Of a stretch of DNA of 64,000 nt, positions 1 to 10,040 are shown one piece after another (positions within the stretch are counted from its first letter, which is position 1; the number at the start of each line of letters is the position of its first letter). The notes under the pieces are model-generated. The model was not told where the DNA came from. It saw only the letters and a program-made list of their open reading frames with translations, and did no database searches. The stretch lies in NCBI GenBank assembly GCA_963832165.1, contig CAWHTE010000001.1:83855-147854 (forward strand), given 5' to 3'. Source of the DNA: an uncultured delta proteobacterium (GTDB taxonomy: Bacteria; Myxococcota_A; UBA9160; SMWR01). The position numbers and the translations under genes are program-made.

Positions 1-13
1 CGCTCCTCCCGCT

Positions 14-1585
14 CTACACAAGCGAGCGCGTCACGAACGAGCGGAGCGGCCAGTCGCCGCCCGCATCCTCGCCGAGCAGCGCGAGCGCATCGCGGCGCAC
101 GAGGTTGAACGTGCGCTCGGCCTGCTCGAGCGTCTCCTTCTGCGAGCGCGGCAGGCCGATCTGCGGCAGGAAGTCGATGTTCTCGAGCCCGTACGAGAAC
201 ACGCCGCGGTTGCTGCGGTAGTAGTCGCCCTGCTCGCGCAGCGTCTCCTCCACGCGGCCGAACAGGCCGCGAAGTTCTCCATCGCGCGCAGCACCAGGTT
301 GCGCAGGCGGAGCTGGCGTCGCAGCCAGCCCTCGTCGAGGTGCAGGTCGGTCATGAACGGCGCGACCCACAAGTTGTGGTAGGACGCGATGTCGAAATCC
401 CACTTGAGCCGCATCAGCTCGTACGAGCCGATCATTCCGTACAGGCCGCGGTACAGGCGCATCACCGCCTCGTGGCGGAAGTCGAGGAAGCGGTCGTAGA
501 GGTCGATCCGCTTCGCGAGCGCGTCGGCCGGCTCGCCGTCGGCCTCGCGCGCGACGATGTCGGTGATGAAGTCGCACTCGAGCGCGACGAAGTCGAGCCC
601 GGGGCTGTAGAGCGGGTCGGTCGCGGTCGCGCCCTCGCCGACGAGCGCCCAGCGCCCGTGTCCGAGGAAGCGCTTCGTGCCGTAGGCGATCCGCGCGAAG
701 CTGCCGTGATCGATCACCTTCGAGTCGGCGAGGATCTCGCGCAGCGCGCGGTGCCCGTCGAGGAACGCGCGGAACCCCTCCGGGCTGCGCACGACGCGAT
801 CGCGCGCGGGCGTTCCGACCACGCCGACGCTCGTGACCCCGCCGCGCAGCCGGATCAGCCACACCCAGTAGCCCGGGTTCAGGAAGTGGATCGTCGAGAG
901 CCCGCGCGTGGTGTGGCGCACGCGGCCGTGGAACGTCTCGTCGCTCGATCCGGTCGACGTCGGCGAGCCCCTCGAAGCGGCCCCACGCCGAGCCGATCAG
1001 GTGATGCGGCTCGGGCACGCGCAGGCCGAGCTGGCGCGCGAGCGTGCCCTGGCGCCCGGCCGCGTCGATCACCCAGCGCGGACGCACGCGCTCGGTGCCC
1101 GCGGGTGTCTCGACGGTGAGCTCGTGGCGCTTGCGACCCTCGCCCAGCGCGATCTCGGTGACGCGCGCGCCGATCCGCACCTCGATGCCCTCGCTGCGGC
1201 ACATCTCGATGAGGTCCGTCTCGAGCCGCGCGCGGTCGAGCTGGAACGCGGCGTGGAACGGCAGGTTGATCGTGCCGAGCTCGCTCATCTCGGTGAGCGG
1301 GGTGTTGCGCTTCGGGCCGTCGAAGAAATAGCGGATGCCGTTCTTCGGCAGGTGATTCTCGTACAGGTACTGCGCGAGCTTCTGGCGGCGCACGAGGTAG
1401 TGCGCCGCGATCTCGACGGTCGACTCGCCGACCTTGAACGCTCCCCCGCCGCCGCCGCGCTCGAACACGGTGATCGAGAGATCCGGCAGGCGCATGCGCA
1501 GCTGGCGCGCGAGCAGCGTGCCCGCGATGCCGCCGCCGACGATCGCGACATCGGGCCCTGCGCTGCGCCTTCGGCGCCGCTTCAC
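14..1585 (-). pseudogene. Flavin-dependent halogenase-like FAD monooxygenase (tryptophan-halogenase family); reading frame broken twice as assembled
   Basis: The start is GTG 1585 (GTGA overlap with the upstream stop at 1582). The N-terminal GxGxxG (VAIVGGGIAG) and KVGEST lie in the frame of ORF 14..2374. The middle part (NPGYWVWLIRL, TDPLYSPGL) lies in the frame of ORF 31..921. The C-terminal part (EETLREQGDYYRSNRGVF...) returns to the first frame. The junctions are at about 935-955 and 265-280. Confidence 0.75.
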
Positions 1586-2304
1586 AGCATCCCTCCGTTC
1601 ACCGAGATCACCTGTCCCGTAACATAGGACGCACCCTCGGAGAAGAGAAACGCCACCACGGCCGCGACCTCCTCGGGCCGTCCGAGCCGGCGCATCGGGA
1701 TCTGCGGCAGGAGCGGCTCCGCGGCTGCAGCGTCGACCATGTCGGTCTCGATCAGCCCGGGCGCGACGCAGTTCACGGTGATCTCGCGCTTCGCGAGCTC
1801 CTGCGCGAGCGACTTCACGGCGCCGATCAGGCCCGCCTTGGACGCGGCGTAGTTCACCTGCCCGCGGTTGCCGACGATTCCCGCCAGCGACGACATCGCG
1901 ACGATCCGCCCGCCGTCGTGCGCGCGCACCATCGGCATCACGATCGGGTGCAGCGTGTTGTAGAACCCGTCGAGGTTCGTGCGCAGCACGCGGTCCCAGT
2001 TTTCGCCCGAGAGCGACGGAAACGCCGCGTCCGCGCGGACGCCCGCGTTGTGGACGGCGCCCCAGAACGGCCCGTGCTCGGCGATCGCGCGCTCGAGCTC
2101 GCTGCGGCACGCGTCGCGGTCGGCCACGTCGCAACACAAGAGCGTCGCTTCGGCGCCGAGCTTGCGCACTTCGTCGGCGACGGCGCGCGCGGCCTCGTGC
2201 TGGCTGCGGTAGTGGATCGCCAGCGCGAAGCCCTGCTCGGCGAGCGCGAGCGCCACCGCGCGCCCGATCCCGCGGCTCGCGCCCGTCACGAGCACGCGCC
2301 TCAT
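1582..2304 (-). CDS. fabG: 3-oxoacyl-ACP reductase, SDR family (FabG-like ketoreductase of the polyene cluster)
   Basis: The start [15 protein letters not shown] contains the TGxxxGIG motif. The catalytic YAASKAG motif is present. There is an ATGA overlap with the upstream dehydratase stop (2301-2304). The start is in frame within ORF 1582..2598. Confidence 0.9.
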   Translation of the reverse strand: MRRVLVTGASRGIGRAVALALAEQGFALAIHYRSQHEAARAVADEVRKLGAEATLLCCDVADRDACRSELERAIAEHGPFWGAVHNAGVRADAAFPSLSGENWDRVLRTNLDGFYNTLHPIVMPMVRAHDGGRIVAMSSLAGIVGNRGQVNYAASKAGLIGAVKSLAQELAKREITVNCVAPGLIETDMVDAAAAEPLLPQIPMRRLGRPEEVAAVVAFLFSEGASYVTGQVISVNGGML

Positions 2305-2756
2305 GCCGAGAATCTCGTGTGTCCGGAGAGGCCCGGCAGCACGTTGAGGCGAGCCTCGGCGAGCAGCTCGCCACCGGGCGCGTCGAACACCGCGCAGTCG
2401 AACGCGAGCAGCTCGCGGCGGCCCGCGGCGTGGCGGGCTGTCACCTCGAGGCGCTGTGCCGGGTCGAAGCCCGCGCAGTGGAACGTGACCCGGCGCGATC
2501 CGATCAAGAGCGCCGGCAGCTGCTCTTCGCCCCGCGCGCGCCTGCGCAGACTGCCGTCGGCGGCCGCGCACTGCGCCATGTACTCGAGCGCGATCCAAAC
2601 GGGCACGCGGCCGCTGGCGTCGCGAAACAGCGGGCTCTGCGACGGATTCACGCCGCAGCGCGTTCCGCCATCGTCGTGCCCGAGCACGCGCTCGAGCAGG
2701 CGCATCGCTCCGGCCTGGGGCAGCAGCTCGGCGATCGGCGGAAAGTCGCTCGTCAT
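2301..2756 (-). CDS. Hot-dog fold 3-hydroxyacyl-ACP dehydratase-like protein (APE-cluster type)
   Basis: This is the C-terminal 151 aa of the composite ORF 2301..5204 ([24 protein letters not shown]...). There are ATGA overlaps at both ends (2753-2756 and 2301-2304). Its position matches the dehydratase of APE/xanthomonadin loci. Confidence 0.7.
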   Translation of the reverse strand: MTSDFPPIAELLPQAGAMRLLERVLGHDDGGTRCGVNPSQSPLFRDASGRVPVWIALEYMAQCAAADGSLRRRARGEEQLPALLIGSRRVTFHCAGFDPAQRLEVTARHAAGRRELLAFDCAVFDAPGGELLAEARLNVLPGLSGHTRFSA

Positions 2757-3476
2757 GCCCGGCTCCACAGATCCGGCGCGCGCTGCAGCATGCCCCCGAT
2801 CAGGCGCAGATAGGCCCAGGCCAGGCGCGGATAGTCGCGCGCGAGGCTGAAGTGGGAGACGCCGTCGGGGGGGTAGATCACGCGCGTCGGCACCGTCGCG
2901 ATCGGGGTTCCGTGCCACACCAGTCGCACGGCGAACTCGGGCTCGAAGTCCATCCAATCGCCCGTCTGCGACGATTCGAGCACCGTCGAGCGCGGGTGCG
3001 AGCGGCACACCGCGGAATCCGCACAGAGGATCGGGCACCGCGCGCGAGAGACACGCGAGCCACACCAGCCCGCGCGACAGCTGGCGCGCGTAGATGCGCG
3101 CGAGCGGAGCGCTCGCGTCGAACTCGGGCACGCCGAGCACGAGCGCGTCCGGGTGCGCGCGGATCGCGGCGACGAAGCGCGACACGTCGCCCGTGTCGTG
3201 CTGAGCGTCGGCGTCGAGCTGCACCACGTGCGTGAAGCCGCTCGCTGCGGCGGCGCGGTAGCCGGTCTTGAGCGCGGCTCCCTTGCCGCCGTTGCGCGCG
3301 CGCCGGACGACAGTCGTGCTCGCGCGCGCGGCGGTCACGCGCTGCAACGCATCGCGCGTGGGCTGCGCGCTGCCGTCGTCGACGATCAGGCACGGAATGT
3401 CGGGAGGCAGCCCGGCCACGACCTTCTCGATGGTCGTCGGGTGGTCGAAGATCGGGATCAGGACGCAGATCTTCAT
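2753..3476 (-). pseudogene. Family 2 glycosyltransferase; one frame switch near 2980-2990 as assembled
   Basis: The N-terminal part MKICVLIPIFDHPTTIEKV...VDDGS...QLDADAQH...PLCGFRGVPLAPAL is in the frame of ORF 2301..5204. The C-terminal part LESSQTGDWMDFEPEFAVRLVWHGTPIATVPTRVIYPPDGVSHF is in ORF 2753..3010. There is an ATGA overlap with the ligase stop at 3473. Confidence 0.8.
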
Positions 3477-5221
3477 CGCCGGCGCTCCAGACGGCCGCGC
3501 CCGCTCGCGAACGATCGCTCGGCGCGGTCCGCGTCGCCGAGCGAGAAGCGGAAGCGGTCCGCGTCCTCGAGCGCGACGCGCAGCACCACCTCCTGTCCCG
3601 GCAGCAGCACGTCGTGGAACTTGAGCGCCTCGAGCGACGCGAGTACGGGCGCCTCGCCGAGCAGCTCTTCGAGCGCCTGCATCGCGAAGTGCACCTGCAC
3701 CGCCCCGGCGACCATGGGCGCGCCCGGGAAGTGTCCGTCGAGATGGGCCAGATCCCACGGGATGCGCAGGCGCATCTCGATCGCGTCGTCGGCGCGAGCG
3801 GTCGCGAGCAGCTCGGGCGCATCGGGCGGGGCGTCCGTGGCGAACAGCGCGCGCAGTGCTTCCTGGGTCACCTTGCCCTGCGCGTTGGTCGGCAACGCCG
3901 CCACGAAGCGCCACGCGCGCGGCACGAGCACGCGCTCGAAGTACGCGGCCAGATGCTCGGACAGCGCCTTCGCGAGCGCGCGGCGTCCGTCGGACGCCAC
4001 CGCGTCCCAGGCCGTGGCCGACGGCACCACGACCGCCGCCACGCGCGGCTCGAGGGCCAGCAGCACCGCGTCCTGCACGCTCGCGTGCGCGCGCAGCCGC
4101 TCCTCCATGTCGGGCAGTGAGAGGCGCTTCTCGCCGACCTTGATCACGCGGTCCGCGCGTCCGAGCAGATGAAACTCTCCGGTGTCGGTGAAGGACGCGC
4201 GGTCGCCGGTCACGAAGCGTTCGCGGCCGGTCGTGGCGGATTCGCCTGCGCTCACGAATGGCGATGTGATCGCGAGGCAGTCCGTCGCGGGATCGATGTC
4301 CGCCTCGACGCCGGGCATGAGCTGCCACGCTTCGTCGCCGCGCCGCTGCTGGCGCACCGCGGCGCCGCCCGTCTCCGTCGATCCGTACACCTCGATCGGC
4401 GCGTCGCCGAGCGTCTCGGCGGCGCGCAGCGCGAGGTCGGTCGCGAGCGGTCCTCCCGACGAGAAGATCGCGCGGCAGCTCGCGCGCCGCCGCGATAGCT
4501 CTCCGCGCTCCACGAGATGGCGCAGCGTGACCGGCGTCGTCACCACGGCGAACGGTACGTCGCCGCTCGAGTGTGGCGCGAGCTCCTCGGGGTGCAGCAC
4601 CGCGCTGCGCAGGAACGGCCGGCCGCTCGCGAGCGGCCACAACACGCGGAACAGCAGGCCGTAGAGGTGCTGGGGCGCGACGGTCGCGAGGATCCGCGCG
4701 TCGGGGCCGAGCTGCGCCGCGAAGCGCTGCTCGAGCACCGCGACCTCGTCCTCGAGGTGGCGCACCGCCTTCTCGATGCGCCGGCCCTCGCCGGTCGTGC
4801 CCGACGTGAACAGCACCGCGAGCGGCGCGTCGCGATCGAGTCGCACCGGGGGCTGCGCACCAGCCGCGCCCGCGGCCTCGAGCGGGTGCCAGCACGGCAG
4901 ATCGGAGAGCGCGTCGGGGGGATCTCCGTCGAACAACGCGCCGTGCACCTTCTGCGCGAGCTCGCGCAGCATCGCGGGCTGACGCGACGGTGCGAGCACC
5001 GCGCGGGCGCCCGTGTGCGCGATCGCGAGCAGCCCGACGGCGAATGCGTAGACGTCGTCGCAGTGCAGCAGGAGATCTCTGCCCTGGGCGGGCGACAGGC
5101 GCGCCGCGAGCGCGGCCACGTCGCGCCGCAGGTCCGCGTCGCTGCGCTCGCCCTCGCGGCCGAACGCCACGAGCCGGTCGCCGCGCGGCTCCGCCGCGAA
5201 CCAATGCGAGAGGCCGAGCAC
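3473..5221 (-). CDS. AMP-dependent synthetase/ligase fused to a C-terminal FabA/FabZ-type hot-dog domain (aryl or acyl:ACP ligase type)
   Basis: Adenylation motifs are present: LFTSGTTGEG, YGSTETGG, GDRASFTDTGEFHLLGRADRVIKVGEKR and NAQGKV. The C-terminal part carries LDGHFPGAPMVAGAVQ, a dehydratase His motif. Confidence 0.9.
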   Translation of the reverse strand: MLGLSHWFAAEPRGDRLVAFGREGERSDADLRRDVAALAARLSPAQGRDLLLHCDDVYAFAVGLLAIAHTGARAVLAPSRQPAMLRELAQKVHGALFDGDPPDALSDLPCWHPLEAAGAAGAQPPVRLDRDAPLAVLFTSGTTGEGRRIEKAVRHLEDEVAVLEQRFAAQLGPDARILATVAPQHLYGLLFRVLWPLASGRPFLRSAVLHPEELAPHSSGDVPFAVVTTPVTLRHLVERGELSRRRASCRAIFSSGGPLATDLALRAAETLGDAPIEVYGSTETGGAAVRQQRRGDEAWQLMPGVEADIDPATDCLAITSPFVSAGESATTGRERFVTGDRASFTDTGEFHLLGRADRVIKVGEKRLSLPDMEERLRAHASVQDAVLLALEPRVAAVVVPSATAWDAVASDGRRALAKALSEHLAAYFERVLVPRAWRFVAALPTNAQGKVTQEALRALFATDAPPDAPELLATARADDAIEMRLRIPWDLAHLDGHFPGAPMVAGAVQVHFAMQALEELLGEAPVLASLEALKFHDVLLPGQEVVLRVALEDADRFRFSLGDADRAERSFASGRGRLERRR

Positions 5222-5231
5222 GGCTACTCGC

Positions 5232-5519
5232 CTAAGCGTTCGCGCGGTCGGCCCCTGCGCGCTGGTCGGCCACGAACGCCGCGAGGCTCGAGACGGAAGC
5301 GAAGATTCTCTGGTTGCGCTCCGGATCGTCTTCGATCGCGACGCCGTAGCGCTCCTCGAGCGCCATGGCGAGCTCGAGTGCGTCGATCGAATCGAGTCCG
5401 AGCCCTTCGACGAAGAGCGGAGCGTCGGTCTCGATCTCCTCGGGCTGAACGTCTTCGAGCGCGAGCGCTTCGACGATCAGCTTCTTGATCTCGGCCTCGA
5501 GCCCACTAGCAGATGCCAC
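5232..5519 (-). CDS. Acyl carrier protein
   Basis: The protein is 95 aa with the phosphopantetheine site LGLDSIDALE. It overlaps the acyltransferase 3' end by 14 nt. Confidence 0.9.
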   Translation of the reverse strand: MASASGLEAEIKKLIVEALALEDVQPEEIETDAPLFVEGLGLDSIDALELAMALEERYGVAIEDDPERNQRIFASVSSLAAFVADQRAGADRANA

Positions 5520-6360
5520 GGTCCCACCTCTTCTCGAAATAGTCCTGGAGTGCGGCGGTCAGGCGCCGGGCGCCGGCTGACATCGATTCGCCCTCGCGCA
5601 GATGATCGGCGGGATGGATCGGGTCCCCCACCTCCACGCGCCATACCGGACACCGCTCGGGGACATCGGCGAACGCCTGTCCCTTCATCAGCGTGCGAGG
5701 GTGTACGCTGATCACGACCGGCACGATGTCACATCCCGCGAGCAGCGCAATCTGCGCGGCGCCGCGTTCGAAGGCGCGCAGGCCCTCGGGCGGCGTGCGC
5801 GAGCCCTCGGGATACACCACGAGGTTTCGCCCCGCGCGCAGGCGCTCGATCGCGTGGCGCACCATCACCGGACCGCGCTCGGCGCGCAGATAGCCCGCCC
5901 CCTCGACGCAGCGGCGCAGGAACGGGTTGTCGCCCCAGTCCGCGTTCACGATCAGATCGGCCTGGGGCATCACGCTGAGCAGGATCGGTGTGTCGATCAG
6001 CGAGGGATGGTTGGCCACCACGACGACCGGGCCCCTGCGAAGCGCCTCACCGCCGTGCACCGAGACGCGCGCCACGCCGCACGCATGGCTGAAGCGTACC
6101 CAGAGCCCCATCCCGCGATGGATCGCGTACTGCGCGCGCAGGTCGGTGCCGTGGCCTCGACCGCGCAGTCGCGCGGCGAGGCGTTGCAGTGGCAGCACGA
6201 TGAACCCGAGCGCGAGCGTGTCGAGCGCGAAGGTCGCGAAGCCGAGCGCCCGCAGCGCGACCCGCCACGGCCGGAACGGCGCGGCCGGGGTCGCTCGCAC
6301 GTTGGCCGACTTCGCATTTTCCTGAATCACTGTGGCCACTTGTGCGCGCAAGTCTATCAC
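5506..6360 (-). CDS. Lysophospholipid (1-acyl-sn-glycerol-3-phosphate type) acyltransferase
   Basis: The NHxxxxD motif (ANHPSLIDT) and the YPEGSRT motif are present. There is an N-terminal membrane helix. It is the first gene of the minus-strand operon. Confidence 0.85.
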   Translation of the reverse strand: MIDLRAQVATVIQENAKSANVRATPAAPFRPWRVALRALGFATFALDTLALGFIVLPLQRLAARLRGRGHGTDLRAQYAIHRGMGLWVRFSHACGVARVSVHGGEALRRGPVVVVANHPSLIDTPILLSVMPQADLIVNADWGDNPFLRRCVEGAGYLRAERGPVMVRHAIERLRAGRNLVVYPEGSRTPPEGLRAFERGAAQIALLAGCDIVPVVISVHPRTLMKGQAFADVPERCPVWRVEVGDPIHPADHLREGESMSAGARRLTAALQDYFEKRWDRGIC

Positions 6361-6429
6361 CCGGCGAATCGCGGTCGCAATCGAATACGGCCGGGCGCCG
6401 CACTGTCGCCGCGTTAGAATCCGCCCGTT

Positions 6430-7107
6430 TTGCGGCGATCTCCGGCCTCACACCGACGGTATCGATCGCGGGGCGCCGTGCGGATCGCGGCGCTGTGCGC
6501 GGGAGTGCTGCTCGCGCTGCCGGCGTCGGGCGAGCCGCCCGCGACGCTCGAGGCGCTGATGCAGGGCATGGCCGGGGCGCCGGGCGTGGTGGCCCGCTTC
6601 CGCGAGCAGAAGCAGCTCGCGCTGCTCTCCGAGCCGCTCGAATCGCGCGGCACGCTCTACTTCGTGCCGCCGAATCGGCTCAGCCGCGAGACGAGCGAGC
6701 CCAGCCAGACGCGGCTCGTGATCGACGGGGACCGCTTCTTCTTCCGGGACGCCGCCGGGAGCGAGGCGATGGATCTCTCCGCGAGCCCGATTGCGCGCGC
6801 GTACGTCAGCAACTTCATCGTGCTGTTCAACGGAGATCTCGCGGCGCTGCGCCAGCGCTACGAGCCACGCTTCACCGCCGACGCGAAGGGCTGGACGCTC
6901 GAGCTCGTGCCGCGCGCAAAGCGGCTGCGCGAGTTCATCGAGCGCGTGACGCTCGTGGGTCACGCGCGCACGCTCGACCGGATGGAGCTCGTCGAGGTGG
7001 GCGGCGACCGCACGACCACATGGTTCGAGGCGGTGCGCACCGATCGCGCGTTCAGCGACGAGGAGCTCGCGCAGATCTTTCGGAAGCCGTCCGCTCCCGT
7101 GCAATGA
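6430..7107 (+). CDS. LolA-like outer-membrane lipoprotein carrier protein (APE export type)
   Basis: A signal-like N-terminus AALCAGVLLALPASG is followed by a LolA-like body (RFREQKQLALLSEPLESRGTLYFVPPNRL). The true start may be GTG 6478. There is an ATGA overlap with the MMPL start. Confidence 0.75.
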   Translation: MRRSPASHRRYRSRGAVRIAALCAGVLLALPASGEPPATLEALMQGMAGAPGVVARFREQKQLALLSEPLESRGTLYFVPPNRLSRETSEPSQTRLVIDGDRFFFRDAAGSEAMDLSASPIARAYVSNFIVLFNGDLAALRQRYEPRFTADAKGWTLELVPRAKRLREFIERVTLVGHARTLDRMELVEVGGDRTTTWFEAVRTDRAFSDEELAQIFRKPSAPVQ

Positions 7108-9470
7108 GCGATCGCGCGATCCGCTGGCTGTTCGGGGTCGTGCTCGCCGCGCTCGGAGCGTGGACCGCGACGCACGTCGAGCTCTCCACGGACATCAGCC
7201 GCTTCATGCCGGCCGAGAGCGATGCCGAGCTGGCCTCGCTGGCGTCGCGGCTCTCGGACAGCGAGCTCACGCGCACGATGATCCTGACCGTGGGCGCGCC
7301 AGACCCCGTTGCGGCCGTGGCCGCCGCGCGCTCGCTCGCCGAGCGCCTGCGCGCGCACCCCGAGCTCGAGAGCGTGCGCAGCGGCGTCGACCCCGAGCAG
7401 CTCGAGGAGGTGTATCGGCTCTACTTTCCGCGCCGCCACGCCTTCGTCTCCGAGGATCCCGAGCGCGAGATCCCCGCGCTCGCGGCGCCCGACGCGCTGC
7501 GCCGGCGCGCGCGCGAGGTGCGCGAGAGCCTCGCGCTCCCGACCGCCGCGCTGACCAAGCGCCTCGCGACGAGCGATCCGATCGGCGCATTCGAGCGACT
7601 CGTCGGACGGCTGCGCAGCCAACGGCCGCCGCTCGACATGCTCGACGGCAGCTTCGTCACGCCCGACCACCGTTTCGCGGTGGTGTTCCTCACCACGCGC
7701 TCCTCCGCGTTCGACTCCGATCCGCAGGCGCGCCTGCTCGCGGACATCGACGCGGCGTTCGCAGAGATCGCGGGCGCGAGCTCTGCTCCGCTCGCGCTCG
7801 AGAAGAGCGGCGCGAACCGCTTCGCCGTGGCCGCCGAGGCCGGCATCCGGCGCGACATGAACTGGATCATCGCGGTGTCGTCGCTCGGCGTCGCGGTGGT
7901 GTTCATCGCGTTCCTGCGCTCGCTGCACTACTTCCTGCTCGTGGTGCTGCCCGCGGTGTCGGGAATCGTCGTCGCGACCGCGGTCACGCGGCTCGCGTTC
8001 GGGCGCATCGACGGTGTCACGATGGCGTTCGGCGCGTCGCTGATCGGCGTCGCGATCGACTACTCGATCCACGTGCTCGACCACCACGCGCTCGATCCGA
8101 GCGCCGAGATCCGCACGCTCGTGCGCAAGCTGCGCGCGTCGGTCGCAGTGGGCGGGCTCACCACGATGGCGAGCTTCGTCGGGCTCGCGTTGACCTCGTT
8201 CCCGGGCTTCCGCGAGATCGGTTTCTTCTCGACGGTGGGGATCGGCGTCTCGATCGCGGTGACGCTGTTCGTGCTGCCCGCGTTCCTGTCGGGCGAGCTG
8301 CCGGGGCGATCGGTTCCGCCGCTCGCCGCGCGCGTCTCGGGGGCGTTCGGCGACGCGGTGCGCGGGCTCGCGGCGCGCCCGCGCGTGCTCGCGCTCGTGC
8401 CGATCGCGTGCATCGCCGCGACGGCGGTGTTCGCGCCGCGGCTGGATTTCGACGACGACCTCACGCATCTCATGTCGCTCGATCCCGGGCTGCGCGCCGA
8501 GGAGGAGCGCGTGCGCGCGCGCGTCGCGCGCGAGGATTCCGGGCGCGTGATCTTCGCGCTCGGCGCCGACGCCGACGAAGCGGTCGCGCGCAACGACGCG
8601 GTGGCGGAGCGGCTCGCGGCCGCCCACGCGGCGGGGCGGATCGGCGAGTTCCGCTCGCTGCACGCGCTGCTCTGGTCGCGCGAGCTGCAGCAGCGCAACC
8701 TCGCCGCGCTCGGTGCGATCCCCGACCTCGCCGACCGCGTCGAGGCTGCGTTCGCAGCCGAGGGCTTTCGCGCGGAGGCGCTCGCGCCGTTCCGCGCCGC
8801 GCTCGCCGAGCCCGCGCCTGCGCCGCTCGACGCAGCGGCGCTGCGCGCCTCACCGCTGCGCGATCTCGTCGCGCCGCTGCTGCTCGATCTCGGCGACCAG
8901 GCGGCGGCCGTCACCTATCTGCGCGGGAGCTCCTCGGTCGAGCAGCTCGAAGGCGAGCTCGCGGGCCTCGAGCACGTACACGTGTTCGATCAGGGGCGAT
9001 TCGCGAACGCGATCTACCGCGAGTTCCGCATCACCACGATCGAGCAGATCGGCGTGGGCAGCGGCCTCGTCCTGCTCGTGCTCGCGCTCTACTACCGGCG
9101 CCTGCGGCCCGCGCTCGCGGCATTCCTGCCCTCGCTGCTGGTCGCGGGCGCCGTGGTTGCGGTGTTCGCGGCCGTCGGCGCGCCGATGAACCTCCTGCAC
9201 GTGACGAGCCTCGTGATGGTGATGGGCATGGGCGTCGACTACGGCGTGTTCCTCGTCGACAGCGCGCGCGACCGCAAGGAGCTCGACGGCACGCTCTTCT
9301 CGCTCTTCCTGTCCTGTCTCACCACGGTGTTCGTGTTCGGCACGCTCGCGATCTCCGAGCACACCGCGCTGCGCGCGATGGGCGCGACCACGGGCCTGGG
9401 CATCCTGCTCTCGTTCGCACTCGCGCCCGTGACGCTGTTGCTGTTGCCGCGAGCCGAGCGCACGCCGTGA
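7104..9470 (+). CDS. MMPL/RND-superfamily membrane exporter
   Basis: The start is ATG 7104, in frame inside ORF 6342..9470. The protein is 788 aa with two blocks of multiple TM helices separated by soluble loops, which is typical of the APE/xanthomonadin exporter. The upstream 254 codons of the ORF are Arg/Ala shadow sequence that overlaps the LolA-like gene. Confidence 0.85.
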   Translation: MSDRAIRWLFGVVLAALGAWTATHVELSTDISRFMPAESDAELASLASRLSDSELTRTMILTVGAPDPVAAVAAARSLAERLRAHPELESVRSGVDPEQLEEVYRLYFPRRHAFVSEDPEREIPALAAPDALRRRAREVRESLALPTAALTKRLATSDPIGAFERLVGRLRSQRPPLDMLDGSFVTPDHRFAVVFLTTRSSAFDSDPQARLLADIDAAFAEIAGASSAPLALEKSGANRFAVAAEAGIRRDMNWIIAVSSLGVAVVFIAFLRSLHYFLLVVLPAVSGIVVATAVTRLAFGRIDGVTMAFGASLIGVAIDYSIHVLDHHALDPSAEIRTLVRKLRASVAVGGLTTMASFVGLALTSFPGFREIGFFSTVGIGVSIAVTLFVLPAFLSGELPGRSVPPLAARVSGAFGDAVRGLAARPRVLALVPIACIAATAVFAPRLDFDDDLTHLMSLDPGLRAEEERVRARVAREDSGRVIFALGADADEAVARNDAVAERLAAAHAAGRIGEFRSLHALLWSRELQQRNLAALGAIPDLADRVEAAFAAEGFRAEALAPFRAALAEPAPAPLDAAALRASPLRDLVAPLLLDLGDQAAAVTYLRGSSSVEQLEGELAGLEHVHVFDQGRFANAIYREFRITTIEQIGVGSGLVLLVLALYYRRLRPALAAFLPSLLVAGAVVAVFAAVGAPMNLLHVTSLVMVMGMGVDYGVFLVDSARDRKELDGTLFSLFLSCLTTVFVFGTLAISEHTALRAMGATTGLGILLSFALAPVTLLLLPRAERTP

Positions 9471-9929
9471 CGTCGAGCGCTCGCGTCGCCGCGCTCGCTG
9501 CGTTCGCGCTCGGCTGCGCCGCGTTCCCGCTCGCGGCTCCGCCGCGGATCGCCGACTGCGGCGGGCCGCTGCTCTCGACCGCCGAGATTCCGGGCGGGAA
9601 CTTCCGGCTGCGCGAGCGCGTACGGATCGCGGGCGGCGGCGTCGACCTCGCGCTCGAAGTGCTCGCGGAGCGGCGCGCGGATCGCCTGGTCGTCGTCGCG
9701 TTCAACGAGTTCGGGGCGCCGGGTGTTCTCTGCGGTGCAGAGCGGACTCGAGGTCGAGACCGAAACGAAGCTCGGCCGCGCGCTCGCGGTGTCGCCCGAG
9801 AACGTGCTGCGCGATCTGCACGAGGCGCGGTTCTTCCACCCGGAGTCGGGCGAGCGGACCGTCGTGCGCAGGACCGGCTGCGACTACAGCGCCACGTTCG
9901 TGCGCGTCGAGCGCCGGCCGCTGCGCTGA
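9467..9929 (+). pseudogene. Small lipoprotein (DUF3261-like, APE cluster associated); +1 G in run 9719-9723 as assembled
   Basis: The start is GTG 9467 (GTGA overlap with the MMPL stop). A lipobox FALGC is present. ...VVVAFNEFGAP lies in the frame of ORF 7160..10015, then VFSAVQSGLEVETE... lies in ORF 9723..9929. Deleting one G restores APVFSAVQ. Confidence 0.65.
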
Positions 9930-9950
9930 GCTCCGACCGGGGTCGGAGCT
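9929..9950 (+). terminator. Stem-loop directly after the export operon stop
   Basis: AGCTCCGACC/GGTCGGAGCT forms a near-perfect inverted repeat of 8-9 bp effective stem around CCGG. It begins at the last base of TGA 9927-9929 and is followed by GGTCTGGATT. Confidence 0.5.
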
Positions 9951-10040
9951 GGTCTGGATTCCGCGCACGCACACAGTATTGTTCCGCCGCCCCCCTCCTC
10001 GCTCCCGCGGCCTGAATTGCCCAACTCGGGGAGGAATCCG

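Noticed and set aside
2301-5204. 967-aa ORF on the minus strand
   Set aside because: It is a composite. Only its C-terminal parts match real proteins (the dehydratase at 2301-2756 and most of the GT2 at 2990-3476), and these are separated by internal ATGA start/stop couplings. The remaining approximately 575 N-terminal codons are Arg/Ala/Gly-rich sequence lying in a shadow frame of the genuine AMP-ligase gene.
6342-7103. 254-codon N-terminal extension of the MMPL exporter ORF
   Set aside because: The extension is Arg/Ala-rich and overlaps the LolA-like gene, which has a credible signal peptide, in another frame. ATG 7104 forms an ATGA junction with the LolA-like stop.
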